A stretch of DNA of 64,000 nucleotides from Malacoraja senta (taxonomy: Eukaryota). Location of the stretch: contig CM075988.1 of assembly GCA_038087875.1 (NCBI GenBank), forward strand, positions 7,008,001 through 7,072,000, written 5' to 3'. The notes beneath the pieces were generated by a model. That model searched no databases. It was not told the origin of the DNA and saw only the letters and a list, made by a program, of their open reading frames with translations. This document shows, piece by piece, positions 12,790 through 26,150 of the stretch. Each line of letters starts with the position of its first letter. Position 1 is the stretch's first letter. The position numbers and the translations under genes are program-made.

Positions 12790-13552
12790 TCCGGAAGTGA
12801 CGGCGCTGCCATGCAGCTGCGGCTCGCCTGCAGTCCGTCTGTCTTTTCCTTTTTTTTTGTTTTCTTTTGTCTTGTTGCACGTATGTTTTAGTTTATTTTT
12901 GGTTGTGTATGTGTGTGGGGGGGGGGGGGGGTTGGGGAACTTGTTTTAGTCTCTTCCTTCGGGGGGATGCGACCTTTTCTTTGTCGTATCCCCGTCTCCG
13001 TCTGCACTGAGGCTTAATCGCAGAGCTGGTGGCCTCCAACTGGGACCGACCATGAGGCTCCGTAGGCAGAGCCAGTACTCACCATCGCGGAGCTGGCCGA
13101 CTTCGGGGCTGTGATGGCGCAGTGGACGACAATATCGGGAGCTTGCAGGTCCCAGGTTGATGACCGATTCTCCGGTGCTCCCGCAACAACAGCTTTGTCC
13201 GCTGGACTGGAGGGTGGCAGCTTCGTCCGCCCCGGGCCGCGGAGTTTGAACCGTTCGCGGAGCTTGGATTCGGCCGCGGGACTTACCATCACCCGGCGGG
13301 GGGCCCAACATCGAAAGCCTGGATCGTCTAAACGCAGAGGGAGAACAAGGAGGGAAGAGATAAAGACGTTAAAACTTTTGCCTTCCATCACAGTGAGGAG
13401 GTGCCTGGTAGACTCGCTGTGGTGGATGTTAAACTGTGTTCATTGTGTGTTCTGTTATTTTATTCTCTGTCATGACTGCAAGGTACGCAATTTCATTCAA
13501 ACTAAAAGTTTGAATGACAATAAAGGAAACTTTATACTTTATAACTTTTATA
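12790..13552 (+). mobile_element. GC-rich non-coding retroposon with Rex1-like 3' end (copy A)
   Basis: Homologous to 31371-32100 (-) and 60600-61027. Two hairpins, ATGACAATAAA and a short repeat tail. Confidence 0.6.
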
Positions 13553-13743
13553 TCAACTATTACCTTAGTAAGGACCTGGACACACTACATTTCACCTACT
13601 GCCACAATGGATCAACTGTGGATGCAATCTTGCTGGCTCTCCACTTTGCACTGGACCACTTAGACAATAAGAAAACAATAAGAAGTTCATTGACGACAGC
13701 TTGATGTTTTATTCAAACATATCAAACTCTGAGAATTGTGTCT

Positions 13744-13943
13744 NNNNNNNNNNNNNNNNNNNNNNNNNNNNNNNNNNNNNNNNNNNNNNNNNNNNNNNNN
13801 NNNNNNNNNNNNNNNNNNNNNNNNNNNNNNNNNNNNNNNNNNNNNNNNNNNNNNNNNNNNNNNNNNNNNNNNNNNNNNNNNNNNNNNNNNNNNNNNNNNN
13901 NNNNNNNNNNNNNNNNNNNNNNNNNNNNNNNNNNNNNNNNNNN
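13744..13943. other. Assembly gap (200 N)
   Basis: Run of N. Confidence 1.
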
Positions 13944-15582
13944 CTGCTCGTCCATATGTAACTGGATCCTCAACATAATCAGCATGAATTGACAACAATA
14001 CTTCTCATAGAATACAGAACAATACAGCACAGAAATAGGCCCTTCGGCCCATGTTGTCTATGCTGAACATGGAGTCAAAATAAATACATTTTATCTGCCA
14101 GCACATGATCCATATCCCTTGATTCCCCGCATATTCATGTGCCTATCTAAAAGAGACACAAAATGCTGGAGTAACTCAGTGGATCAGGCAGCATCTATGG
14201 AGAAAATGGATAGGTGACGTTTTGGGTCGGGACCCTTTCGTCTGATTGTATTAGGGAGAGTGGGGGGGAAAAAACTAGAAGTGAAAAATAAACAGGACAA
14301 ATCAGGGCCAGCAACAAAGAACCTCTGGCAAGGAGGTTCCGTGATGGGACAATTGTTGGCTGGAGACAGATGTGAGCCTAAGAGGTATATTTTGTTACGA
14401 GGTGGAGCCGGTTAACAGACTTTTAGTGGATGGAGGGGGATGGGATGGAATTGTTTGTAGAAATTTCCTGAAATTGGAGAATTCAGTGTTCATACTGTTG
14501 GGTTATAGACAATAGACAACAGGTGCAGGAATAGGCCATTCGGCCCTTTGAGCCAGCACCGCCATTCACTGTGATCATGGCTGATCATCCACATTCAGTA
14601 CCACGTTCCTGCCTTCTCACCATATCCCCTGACTCTGCTATCTTTAAGAGCTCTATCTAACTCTCTCTTGAAAGCATCCAGAGAATTGGCCTCCACTACC
14701 TTCTGAGGCAGAGAATTCCACAGATTCACAATTCTCTGGGTAAAAAGGTGTTCCCTCATCTCCGTTCTTAATGGCTTACCCCTTAGTCTTAAACTGTGGC
14801 CCCTGGTTCTGGACTCCCCCAACATCGGGAACATGTTTCCTGCCTCTAGCTTAATAATCTTATATATTTCCAATAAGATCACCTCTCATCCTTCTAAATT
14901 CCAGAGGATACAAGTTCAGCCGCTCCATTCTATCAACATATGACAGTCCTGCCATCCTGGAATTAACCTTGTGAACCTAAGCTGCACTCCCTCAATAGCA
15001 AGAATGTCCTTCCTCAAATTTGGAGACCAAAACTGCACACATAGCTCCAGGTGTCTCACTAGGGCCCTGTACAACTGCAGAAGGACCTCTTCACTCCTAT
15101 ACTCAACTCCTCTTGTTATGAAGGCCAACATGCCGTTAGCTTTCTTCACTGCCTGCTGTATCTGCATGCTTACTTTTAGTGAGTGATGAACAAGGACTCC
15201 CAGATATCTTTGTACTTCCCCTTTTCCCAACTTGACACCATTCAGATAATCTGCCTTCCTGTTTTTGCCAGCAAAGTGGATAAACCTTACATTTATCCAC
15301 ATTAAACTACATCTGTCATGCATCCGCCCACTCATCCAACCCGCCCAAGTCACCCTGCATCCTCATAGTATCCTCACAGTTCACACTGCCACCCAGCTTT
15401 ATGTCATCTGCAAATTTGCTGATGTTATTTTGAATCCCTTCATCTAAATCATTGATATATATTGTAGCTGCGGTCCCAGCACAGAGCTTTGCGGTACCCC
15501 ATTTGTCACTGCCTGCCATTCTGAAAGGGACCATTTAATCCCTACTCTTTGTTTCCTGTCTGCCAACCAATGTTCTATCCAT

Positions 15583-18200
15583 TCAGATTCAGATTCAACT
15601 TTATTGTCATTGTGCAGTGTACAGTACAGAGACAACGAAATGCAGTTAGCATCTCCCTAGAAGAGCGACATAAATATGAGCAGTAAATAAATAAATCTAA
15701 TAAATCCTGGTGGGAGGAGTGTCCGGGGGGGGGGTGTGATTGGCAGTCACCGAGGTACAGTGTTGAGTAGTGTAACCGCCGCAGGGAAGAAGCTGTTCCT
15801 GGACCTGCTGGTCCGGCAACGGAGAGACCTGTAGCGCCTCCCGGATGGTAGGAGGGTAAACAGTCTGTGGTTGGGGTGAGAGCAGTCCTTGGCGATGCTG
15901 AGCGCCCTTCGCAGACAACGCTTGCTTTGGACAGACTCAATGGTGGGGAGTGAGGAACCGGTGATGCGTTGGGCAGTTTTCACCACCCTCTGCAGTGCTT
16001 TCCGGTCGGAGACAGAGCAGTTGCCATACCATACTGTGATGCAGTTGGTAAGGATGCTCTCGATGGTGCAGCGGTAGAAGTTCACCAGAATCCGAGGAGA
16101 CAGATGGACCTTCTTTAGTCTCCTCAGGAAGAAGAGACGCTGGTGAGCCTTCTTGACCAGAGTTGAGGTATTGTTGGTCCAAGAGAGGTCATCGGAGATG
16201 TTGACCCCCAGGAACCTGAAGCTGGAAACACGTTCCACCTCCCTCCCGTTAATGTGGATGGGGGTGTGCATGCCGCCCCTAGACTTCCTGAAGTCTACAA
16301 TGAGCTCCTTGGTCTTCTTGGAGTTAAGGGCCAGGTTGTTGTCAGCGCACCATGCTGCTAGGAGCTGGACCTCCTCCCTATAGGCCGACTCATCGTTGTT
16401 GCTGATGAGGCCAATCACCGTTGTATCATCTGCGTACTTGATGATGGTGTTAGTACCATGTACAGGTGTGCAGTCGTAGGTGAAGAGGGAGTAGAGGAGG
16501 GGGCTCAGCACACAGCCCTGTGGAACGCCGGTGTTCAGGGTGAGGGTTGAAGAGGTGTGCTTGTCTAACCTAACAGACTGGGGTCTGTTGGTTAGAAAGT
16601 CCAGTATCCAGTTGCAGAGGGAGGGGTCGATGCCCAGGTCACCGAGTTTGGTGATCAGTTTAGAGGGTATGATGGTGTTGAATGCTGAGCTGTAATCGAT
16701 GAACAGCATTCTTACGTAAGTGTCTCTGTTGTCGAGGTGGGAGAGGGCGGAGTGAAGTGCCGTTGAGATGGCATCCTCCGTACTCCTGTTCTTGCGGTAG
16801 GCAAACTGATAGGGATCCAACGTGGGGGGTAGGCAGCCTTTGAGGTGTGCCAGGACCAGCCTCTCGAAGCACTTGGCGATGATGGGAGTAAGTGCAACTG
16901 GGTGGAAGTCGTTGAGGCTTGCCGCAGTGGAGTGTTTTGGCACCGGCACGATGGAGGTGGATTTAAGGCACGTGGGCACAACTGCTTGGGCAAGTGACAG
17001 GTTGAAGATGTCAGTCCAGACGTCTGTCAGCTGCGCAGCACAGGTCCTGAGGACGCGCCCGGGGATGCCGTCGGGGCCAGCAGCCTTACGTGCATTAGTC
17101 CTACTCAGTGCCACGTACACGTCGAAGGGGGTGAGTGAGAGGGGCTGGTGATCGGCAGGGAGCACCGCCTTGATGGCCAACTGCCGATTGTCCCTATCGA
17201 AACGGCCATAGAAGTGGTTGAGCTCCTCAAGGAAGGAGGCGTTACTGGATGTGGGGGTGGTGTTGGTGGGTCTAAAGTCCGTGATGGCCTGGATGCCTTG
17301 CCACATGCGTCGGGGGTCGGAGTTGTTGTTGAAGTGCTCCTCAATCCTGAGTTTATGGCAGTGCTTGGCCTTCTTTATGCCCTTCTTCAGGTTAGCCCTG
17401 GATGAACTATAGGCTCGGGCATCGCCTGACCTGAAAGCGGTGTCCCGTGCTTTCAGCAGTAGCCTGACCTCGCTGTTCATCCATGGCTTCTGATTCGGGA
17501 ATATGGTCACCTGTTTGAGGGAGGTGACACTGTTGATGGTGGAGTTTATAAAGTCCAGAACAGATGATGTATAGGAGTCAATGTCCGTGTGGGAGTCAAG
17601 GGTGGCCTGGGCTGCAAACGCCTTCCAGTCAGTGTTTCCAAAACACTGCTGAAGTGTGGATTCCGCATCCTCTGACCAGACTTTAACTGTCCTCACAGTG
17701 GGTTTAACCCGTCTGATGAGTGGGGAGTACTTTGGGAGCAGGAACAATGAGAGGTGATCAGACTGTCCAAGGTGGGGGAGGGGGACGGCTTTGTAAGCTT
17801 CAGCCATGTTGGTGTAGACTTTGTCCAGTGTCTTGCCTTCTCTAGTGGCGAAGGAGACATGTTGGTGGAATTTGGGGAGTACAGTCTTCAGGTTGGAGTG
17901 ATTGAAGTCACCCGCAACAATGAAGGCTGCCTCGGGGTTGTGAGTCTGTTGTTTGCTAATGGCAGAATGCAGATCTTTCATTGCAAGCTTGGCATTAGCA
18001 TCAGGAGGAATATAGGCTGCAGTCACAACAGTGGAGGTAAACTCTCTGGGCAGATAGAACGGTCTGCATCTAACCAAGAGGAACTCTAGGTTAGCTGAGC
18101 AGTGACTCTCGATGATGGTGGTGTCCGTGCACCATGCTTTGTTTACATAAATGCACAGACCTCCACCTCTGGTCTTACCGGAGTCAATTGTCCTGTCCTG
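15583..18200 (-). mobile_element. Young 5'-truncated Rex1/Babar LINE
   Basis: (TCTGAA)n tail at the left end. TCCAT on both flanks (15578-15582, 18201-18205). Contains a long intact EN-RT ORF. Confidence 0.92.
15747..18197 (-). CDS. Rex1/Babar ORF (partial APE endonuclease plus reverse transcriptase), no native start
   Basis: 776-aa ORF ([31 protein letters not shown]). The frame stays open upstream to the truncation point ([23 protein letters not shown]). Confidence 0.85.
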   Translation of the reverse strand, partial: DRTIDSGKTRGGGLCIYVNKAWCTDTTIIESHCSANLEFLLVRCRPFYLPREFTSTVVTAAYIPPDANAKLAMKDLHSAISKQQTHNPEAAFIVAGDFNHSNLKTVLPKFHQHVSFATREGKTLDKVYTNMAEAYKAVPLPHLGQSDHLSLFLLPKYSPLIRRVKPTVRTVKVWSEDAESTLQQCFGNTDWKAFAAQATLDSHTDIDSYTSSVLDFINSTINSVTSLKQVTIFPNQKPWMNSEVRLLLKARDTAFRSGDARAYSSSRANLKKGIKKAKHCHKLRIEEHFNNNSDPRRMWQGIQAITDFRPTNTTPTSSNASFLEELNHFYGRFDRDNRQLAIKAVLPADHQPLSLTPFDVYVALSRTNARKAAGPDGIPGRVLRTCAAQLTDVWTDIFNLSLAQAVVPTCLKSTSIVPVPKHSTAASLNDFHPVALTPIIAKCFERLVLAHLKGCLPPTLDPYQFAYRKNRSTEDAISTALHSALSHLDNRDTYVRMLFIDYSSAFNTIIPSKLITKLGDLGIDPSLCNWILDFLTNRPQSVRLDKHTSSTLTLNTGVPQGCVLSPLLYSLFTYDCTPVHGTNTIIKYADDTTVIGLISNNDESAYREEVQLLAAWCADNNLALNSKKTKELIVDFRKSRGGMHTPIHINGREVERVSSFRFLGVNISDDLSWTNNTSTLVKKAHQRLFFLRRLKKVHLSPRILVNFYRCTIESILTNCITVWYGNCSVSDRKALQRVVKTAQRITGSSLPTIESVQSKRCLRRALSIAKDCSHPNHRLFTLLPSGRRYRSLRCRTSRSRNSFFPAAVTLLNTVPR

Positions 18201-18485
18201 TCCATGTCAGTATCCTACCCCCAATACCATGTGCTCTAATTTTGCCACTAATCTCCAATGTCGGACCTTAACAAATGCTTTCTGAAAGTCCAGGTAGACT
18301 ACATCCACTGGCTCTCCCTTGTCCATTTTCCCAGTTATATCCTCAAAAAAATTCCAGAAGATTAGTCAAGCATGATTTCCCCTTTGTAAATCCATGTTGA
18401 CGGACCGATCCTGTTACTACTTTCCAAGTGTGTCGCTATTTCATCTTTAACAATTGCCTCCCGTATCTTCCCCACCACCGATGTT

Positions 18486-19180
18486 TCCCAAGCTACCCAA
18501 GCAAAATATGAGGTACTGTTCCTCCAATTTGCTTGTAGTCTCACTCTGGCAATGGAGGAGGCCCAGGACAGAAAGAATAGTATGGGAAAGGAAAGGGGAG
18601 TTTAAATGGTTAGTAACTGGGAGATCCATTAGATCTTGGTGGACTGAGCACAAGAGTTCAGCAAAAACAGTCGTCCATGTTTGGAAAGCCTCATCTTGGG
18701 AGCAGATGCAGTGGAGATAGAGTTGGGGATTTGAGAGTTGGGGATAGCATCTTTGCAAGCGGCAGGGTGGGAGGAAGTGTAGCTGGGAGTCGGTACGTTT
18801 CTAGTAGACAACAATCAATAGTCTGTCTCCAGTGATGGAAACAGAGATCAAGATAGGGAGAGGTGCCGTAGATAGTCCAGGTGAATTTGAAGGGCAGCAT
18901 GGAAGTTAATGAAGTTCTGCACGGATTCAGGAAGCAGTCCCGATGCAGTTGTCGATATAACGGAGATTGAGTTGGGGGATGGGACGTCTATGCCTGGAAG
19001 AAGGACTATTCGACGTAACCAGCAAAAAGGCAGGCATAGCTCGGGCCCATACGACTTAACTTGAAGAAAGTGAGAGGAGATGAGAAGAGAAGTTGTTGAG
19101 AGTGAGGACAAGTTCCCCTTGGCAGACGAGAGTGCTACTTGTGAGGGTAATTGGCGGTCTCTGTTCAAGGAAGAAACGTA
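18486..19180 (-). mobile_element. Penelope-like RT/GIY-YIG fragment, degenerate
   Basis: Minus-strand SYTSSHPAACKD and YLIFCLGSL motifs, homologous to 1220-1495 and the 11110-11460 region. Confidence 0.7.
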
Positions 19181-19374
19181 CCTCTCTAAACGGCTATTGA
19201 GATTTCTTATATAAAAACCTCTTAAAACCCATTATCGTATCTGCCATACCACACTGCACGTTCTAGGAACCTACCACCCTCTGTGTAAAAAAGAATCTTA
19301 CCCTGCACAGCTCCTTTAAACTTTTCCCTTCTCAGCTTGGGATATATAGCTCGATAACCATCAACGCAAGTAAA

Positions 19375-20305
19375 CCTCAAGCCCCTGCTCTACTCGCTCT
19401 ATACCCATGATTGTGTAGCCAGACACAGTTCCAATGCCATGATGAAATTTTCTAGCTCAACTACCACTATTGAATGAATAATGGCTTATGATGCGTCAAA
19501 ATACCGAAGAACGATTGCAAACCTAATAATCTTGCTCTCGCCATCATCAAGACCAAGGAGCTGATTATCGACTTCGGGAAGCGAAAGCCAAAGATTCACG
19601 AGCTTGTCTTCATCGACAAGACTGCGGAGGAAAGAGTGAACAGCTTCAATTTCCTGGGTGTGCATATCACTGAAGATATATCCTGGGCCTAGCACATGGA
19701 TGCAAAAGAAACCTCATCAATTCCTCTACTTCCTTAGAAGAATGCAGAGATTTGGTATGTCGACGAATACTCTCCTTAACTTCACCAGGGGTAGGGTGGA
19801 GAGCATGCTGACTGGCTTGGTTCAGCAACCAGAATGGCAAAGATCACAGGTACTGACCTCACCATTGAAAGGATCTATTGAAGGCGGTGCCTCAAAAAGG
19901 CAGCAGCATCATCAAAGACCCACACCAGCCTGGTCCACATTCTCATTTCACTCCTTCTCTCTGGAAGAATCTTTGGGAGTCTGAAAACTGTGACCACCAT
20001 GTTCCAGAATAGCTTCTTCCCATCAACCGTCAGGCTGTTGAACTACACAGCACTCACCTCAGCAACTATGAACTTCTATATCTGGTTGCGCAAAGGACTT
20101 TGTTTTTTTGCTCTAACATTATGGTTATTAACTTTTAAATTATTTTATTTATCTGTGCGTATTGCGTTTACGAACCTGTTAAGCTGCTGCAAGTAAGACT
20201 CGTTCTATCTTCAGTACATATGACAATTAAACAATCTTAACTCTTGAAAATTATTGATTTATTCTTTCATATCAGTACATATGACAATTAAACACTTGAC
20301 TTAAA
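19375..20305 (+). mobile_element. Degenerate Rex1/L2-type LINE 3' fragment
   Basis: KTKELIIDF, FLGVHI and FQNSFFPSTVRLLN remnants; duplicated ATGACAATTAAAC end. Confidence 0.7.
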
Positions 20306-20629
20306 AATCATAGATCTTTTTCAGTATTATCTGCAGTGATCATGCTGGCCTGGAAGGTTAATATACTGGAAGTTGAGAACTTTGCTTTCATGGAGCTTTA
20401 GAAAATTATCTTGCCAAAATATTATGGCTTTGAGCTAGTCACCTTTTTTCTATTATTAAAAAAGTATTTTATGGAAGTTTCCAAATACCTTGTGCCTGTA
20501 ATGCTCATTTCCTTTGACATGTTTGAAATGTTGTCAGCAGTCATTGTGAAGCTTTTATTTCTTTAAATTATAACTATTCTACCTATAAATCTTGCAGCAT
20601 TCTGTTTAAGATGATATCTTTATTTTTAG

Positions 20630-20779
20630 ATTACTGCGCTGGAGGTAGATGAGCAACTAAAGGAAATCCGTAGAGCAAAGTTGGAGAATTTGAAACGTTT
20701 TCAAGATGAAGTGAAACATCGTGTGACCGAGTATGCTCGCATTTGTAAGAAACATCAACAGCAACGAACTTATGAAGCA
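20630..20779 (+). CDS. CCDC15: CCDC15 coding exon 2
   Basis: tttttag| ITALEVDEQLKEIRRAKLENLKRFQDEVKHRV...QRTYEA |gtaaga; 150 nt, phase 0-0. Confidence 0.92.
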
Positions 20780-21644
20780 GTAAGAAAGGAAAAAAACTAT
20801 TAAGTAGATAATGCTTTGCTGTTTAATATCCTCAGTGTAGCTAAAATTCAAATTGACTGTTTGAAGCTGATTTTGCTTCATATTAGTACTTAATTTTTAT
20901 ACCTTTTATGAAGTGTTTTCATTAGCTAGTGTAGGTATAATTTGAATGCAGCTGTTATCTTGCATGTCTTTACCTGGGGATCTTAACAAGGAATATTAAT
21001 TCCATTTCACTCCCCCCCCCCCCAAATTTCAATACACTTGTTTCATCCTTCTCCTTGTGAAGACGGACATAAAGTATTTATTAAGAGCTACATGCATTTT
21101 CAGCATAAAAAAACAGCCAACTATTTTGGTCTTTAATAGGGTCTACCGTTTGCTTAATTTTCTTCCTCAATGTATTTATAAAAATCTTTGCTTTTTTTCT
21201 AGTGCTTTTCTTGGCTTCCTAATATTCTTTTTCATTTTTACCCAGCTTCTACTATGCTCCAAGGTTTATGCAGTTACACAAATCCAGTTAGTTGGCATAA
21301 ATTTTGATAATATTTTTACTATCAGATTAAGTATCCTTATGCATTATTCCCAAACAATAAAAATGTTAACCATGCCCAATATCATCAGACAGCCTTTCTG
21401 GTCTCTAATAATTACAACCGTCGCATTAATTGGGATTTTTTAACTTAATGTTTTACATTTCCTAGCAATAATCATACCTGAATTGTGCTAGAAAATTTAA
21501 TTCTTCAAATTACAGTTTGCTTAAAAGCAAAGGAAATAACAAAAGTAAAATTATAGAATTTTCACAACCTACTTGAAGAAATTCCTTGTGGCAAGATAAG
21601 GACCCACCCAATAGAGAACTTCATTGTTTATTTTTTCTACTTAG

Positions 21645-21848
21645 GTTGAAAGGGATGATTGTGTGATAAAACAATCCTCTGCATCAGCTGCACAGCTCAT
21701 TCCAAATAAAAGCACATGCCTACTTCGCAGTAATGATAATGATGTTGGGTTTGCTATATTAAGCCCGAGCTCAAGGTGGGTATCTGCACAGGGGCTGAGT
21801 AATGAAAAAGAGGAAGATGAAGATATATTCAATGATCAAGCAAGACAG
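21645..21848 (+). CDS. CCDC15: CCDC15 coding exon 3
   Basis: ttag| VERDDCVIKQSSASAAQLIPNK...DIFNDQARQ |gtgaga; 204 nt, phase 0-0. Confidence 0.9.
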
Positions 21849-23159
21849 GTGAGAAACTCTCAGAGGTAATTAAACAGCAGCTGCTATTTTCATTTTCAGA
21901 TCAAAGTCACTCTATGAAGCTATCACTTCTAAGTATAAAATGAAAAATGTCACACCCTGAACTGTCACACCCTACATGGAGTTTGCATGTTCTCCCTGTG
22001 ATTACATGAGTTTCCACTCTGGATTCTCCTGTTTCCTCCCACATCTTAAACATATGCTGGTTGGTAGGTGATCCCTAGTTAGGTGGTTCATGGGAGAATC
22101 AGGATGTTGGTGTGCATCTGTGAAAGAATAGTTTGGAGGAAGATAAGGATGTATGCAATTGATGGAATGGTTGTGAAAAGTGATGTAGATTAAAAATCCA
22201 CCTACATTGTCAGGATATATATGAAATTTTGTTATATCATTGTACCAAATGACAATGCATTCTCCCATTGCCCCGCAATTTTTAACATTTACTTTTTTTT
22301 TAAATTGTAAGGACAGAGCATCATTTTTTTTCATAATCATTTTGGTGAATCTTCCACTGACACCCTTGATATATATTCTAAGGAACAGGTTTGATTAAGT
22401 GGAATTTATTTTCTTATTTATTATTTTTTGGAATCTGGGTATTGCTGGCAAAGCCAGCATTTACTGTTTGTATATAATCACTCTGATTCAATAAGGAGTG
22501 CAGAAACATTCATTTGAAGGAGCATGTTCACTTCAAAGTGATGAAGATCCAATCCAATGAAAATGCAACATATGCCTATATCAATGCTTAGCAGTTTGAC
22601 AAGCAGCAGATTGAATCTTTATTTCCTATCACATTTTGATGTAAATGATGATGACCAACTATTTAATCTCTGAAAAATGCATTTAATCTAATATATTCCA
22701 CCTTTGACCAGAATTTCTCCATCTTGTAACTTGAGTTTAATTTTTGTGCCTATTATAGAAAATATCCACAGTCCATTCTAATATTCAGCTCCACTGTATA
22801 ATTCAAGAAGTATACTGTAGTGTTGTTAATTGTCATCCTTCTACAGCAATGGTAGCAAGAATTATATGTCTGGAACAAGGATGGTAGCAGAAACGGGTTC
22901 AAATCTTTCTAACAGTGGAAGAAAATAAGTTAATTTTCTTTGAGATAGAATTCCTATTTGCAGTAAATATCATAAACGGTTTCACATCAGTTTTTTTAAT
23001 ATGCAGTGTATGGCTATTAAATCTTGGCCTGATGAATAGTTTAAATTGTGTGCCCGCCAACATTTAATTTCGCGTTTTGAGATAGAGGTTCGTTTGATGA
23101 TTCAGGCATGCAGTTTTTGGGAAATTAAATAGGGTTAGTATTTTTAAATAACCTAAACT

Positions 23160-23475
23160 TTCCACTAGAGGGAGAGTCTAGGACCAGAGGTCAAAGCCTC
23201 AGAATTCAAAGATGTTCCTTTATGAAGGAGATGAAGGGGAATTTTTTAGTCGGAGGGTGGTGAATTTATGTGAATTGCCGTGGAGGCCAAATCAACGGAT
23301 ATTTTTAACGCAGAGATAGATAGATTCTTGAATAGTACGGATGTCAGGGATTATGGGGAATTAAGGCAGGAGAATGGGGGTAGGAGGGCGAGATTGATCA
23401 GCAAGGATTGAATGGCGGAGTAGACTTGATGGGCTGAATGACCTAATTCTGCTCCTATTACTTGTGAACTTATAA
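23160..23475 (+). mobile_element. CR1/HER1 3' fragment
   Basis: Homologous to the uninterrupted form of 7450-9190. Confidence 0.75.
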
Positions 23476-24254
23476 ACAACTTTATTCGTTTAGGTATAAG
23501 TGAATTAGCCTGCTAGATTTCTGAACCTTCAATAGTTTCAATGACAAAATAAAATTTAGGGAAAACAAAATAGTCAGATTCTTGTGAGTTTGTTGACCTG
23601 AATGTAACTGAAGAGGTAATTGTGGAAATAATTGTTTTAATTTGTTAATCTCTTTAGTAAATGTCCATAGTACACTGAAAGGTCTCGACCCAAAACGTCA
23701 CCTATTTCTTCTTTCCAGAGATGCTGCCTGTCCCGCTGAGTTACTCTAGCATTTTTGTGTCTACCTTTGATTTAAACCAGCATCTGCAGTTTTTTCCTAC
23801 ACACTAATTTATATCACTGAAATGAAAGTCATTTGCATTGTGCAGTGATTTACTTACCCCATTCTGCTTTTTGGGTCTGGACCCTTCTTCAGACTGATTC
23901 AGACGCTTCAATCAGTCTGTCTCCAATAATTACTAAAACACATTTAGATGACTATCTCCCAGTCAGGTGTTTATCGTTTCACCCCTGTGTGCAGTAAAGG
24001 ACCAGTCTTTCTTGGTTTCCAACTGTCACGTGTATCTCAATGGATCCACCTGATGAAACAGCTGTGATTGGAAACGTGCTGTTTGGAGGTTTTAAGACAT
24101 AGTTCTACATTATCCTAAGTTCTATTGTGCTTCAACATCCCATTGTATCTGAACTTATGCATTTTTAAACTTGTTTAAATGTAACGTTATTTTTATATGA
24201 ACTGGATTCATTGCTAAAAGGGATCAGATTTTGTCCTGAGGTCAACAGTCTTTA

Positions 24255-24600
24255 TTTGTAAGACACAAAATGCTGGAGTAACTCAGCGGGACAGGCAGCA
24301 TCACTTGAGAGGCATCTCTCTCGAGAAGGAATAGGTGACGTTTCGGGTTGAGACTCTTCTTCAGACTGTTGTCGGGAGTGGGCGGTAGAGAGATAAAATG
24401 TAGTCGGAGATAGTGAGACTGGTGGGAGAACTGGGAAGGGGGAGGGGATGGAGAGGGAGGGAAAGCAAGGGCTACTTGAAGTCAATGTTCATACCGCTGG
24501 GGTGTAAGCTACCCAAGTGAAATATGAGGTGCTGTTCCTTTTCCTACCGCTGGGGTGTATGCTACCAAATTTCATACCGTCTGGGATGTAAGCTACCCAA
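24255..24600 (-). mobile_element. Penelope-like terminal repeat and 3' ORF end
   Basis: Same family as 10590-11465; hammerhead-like motif at 24364-24337. Confidence 0.7.
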
Positions 24601-24701
24601 TTCAATTAAAAAAACCAATTCAATTTAAATAGTCTGTATTTGTATTTTGCTACAAAAATCATTATTTTGCAAATAATAATAGAAATATTGATTTGTTTCA
24701 G

Positions 24702-24818
24702 CTGAGCAAAGTTACAAAAGAGGCTCGTCATCGCCTTGCATCATGTCAAACGGTATCACAGATGGACCTGTGCTCAAGTCTACCAGGAGGTGTCTGGAAG
24801 GCATCTCCAACAAGAGAT
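24702..24818 (+). CDS. CCDC15: CCDC15 coding exon 4
   Basis: tttcag| LSKVTKEARHRLASCQTV...SPTRD |gtgagt; matches the recalled human LSETMKQARHRLAS; 117 nt. Confidence 0.92.
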
Positions 24819-25129
24819 GTGAGTTTTCTTTCTTTTGATAACATTAGTTTCTATTGATCTTAAAGCTTGCAAATCCCTTAAAAACCAGTATCTTAAAGTG
24901 GGGAGAAATTGTTTTAGAACTGATTTGGTAGTTATGATTTCTTCCTCCAGCACCTGCAGATGCTAGTAATCTGAGGTAAAAATGAAACGTGTTGAACGCG
25001 GGTCAGGCAGCATGTTTCAAGTCGAAGACCCTTTGTCAGAAGTGGAAAAGGGAGAAAGCATTTTGGTTTCAATGATAAGGTGAGGCCATGGTTACCATGA
25101 AGTAATGCTGTAAAGGCCATCTGGTCTGT

Positions 25130-26150
25130 ACGTTTGTGGAGGCATCTGTCTCTGCTCTTCCCTTTCTGGATCTCCGATTCCATCTCAGGAAAGGGATTTG
25201 TGACAATATTCATGACAGAATTACAGACTTTCAGGGTTATTTCAACTATTTTCTCCCATCATACTGATATGGCTGATGTCTTCCTTCTTCCTAAACCGTA
25301 CTTTCTTCTCTGCCGTAATTGACAGCGGCCTTGAGCACATCTTGTCTGTTTTCTATTCCTCTGTCCTCACCCTCTCCTCCTGGACAGTTCGCCCTATCTT
25401 TACCTTCCTTTTCACCAGCCTCCTCATTTATCGGATGATCCTTCATAATTTCCACCAGCTTTAACATGACTCCACCACCAAACATCTTTTCTCCCCCCTC
25501 CCCCTCCTCCTTCAACATTTCAAAGGAACCATTCCCTTCACAATTCTCTGGTCTGCTTGGTCTGCCCTTCTATCCCCAATGACCATCCCTGTTCTCATGC
25601 CATTTTATCCTGCAATGCAGGAGATACACATCTGTCCTTTTATCCCTTCCCTTCCGGCCATCCAGTGAGCCAAAATGTCCTTTAAAACGCAGCAGCTATT
25701 CACTTAAGCTTTTTCCATTCTAGGATACTGTAATTGTGATCACAATGTGCTCTCCTCTACATTGGAGAAACCAAACCTTTTTGACTCCATTGTGGAACAT
25801 CTGTTTTTAATCTATTGGACAGCTTGGAGCTCCCTTTTACCTGGCACTTCGAATAGTCTATTTCACCCACACTGACCAATTTCTCCGTGGTCTCTTGCAC
25901 TGCATCTCCGTTTACATCAAAACTGACCATTTCTGTAATATCCATCTGTAATATTGGCTCAGATTTTCTCTTTCCATTTGCAGAGCGTAGTTTACATCAC
26001 TGGATTTCACATCTGTTTGCATTACTTTGTGCCTGTATTTTCACTCTCTATTGGCCTCATCTTATTGCTTTCATTTTTTTACCCCTCTCTCTCCAACTGC
26101 CCCCGTTAACAAATTTGACCAGAGGACCGTCACAATTTATACCCATGGCC
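25130..26150 (+). mobile_element. Old, highly degenerate Penelope-like fragment
   Basis: Remnants such as TGCTCTCCTCTACATTGGAGAAACCAAAC (LLYIGETK, GIY-YIG motif). Confidence 0.55.

Larger units (their letters stand above)
14505..18485 (-). mobile_element. CR1/HER1 LINE RT fragment split by the Rex1 insertion
   Basis: Minus ORFs contain GVPQSSVLGP, ISKFADD, QAVKKANGMLAFI and RTRGHSLRL. The host sequence resumes at 18201. Confidence 0.85.

Noticed and set aside
12946..13704. ORFs of 121-197 aa in the GC-rich retroposon
   Set aside because: No motifs, not conserved in the homologous copies, and expected at this GC content.
13687..14030. ORFs containing X runs
   Set aside because: Artefacts of the N gap.
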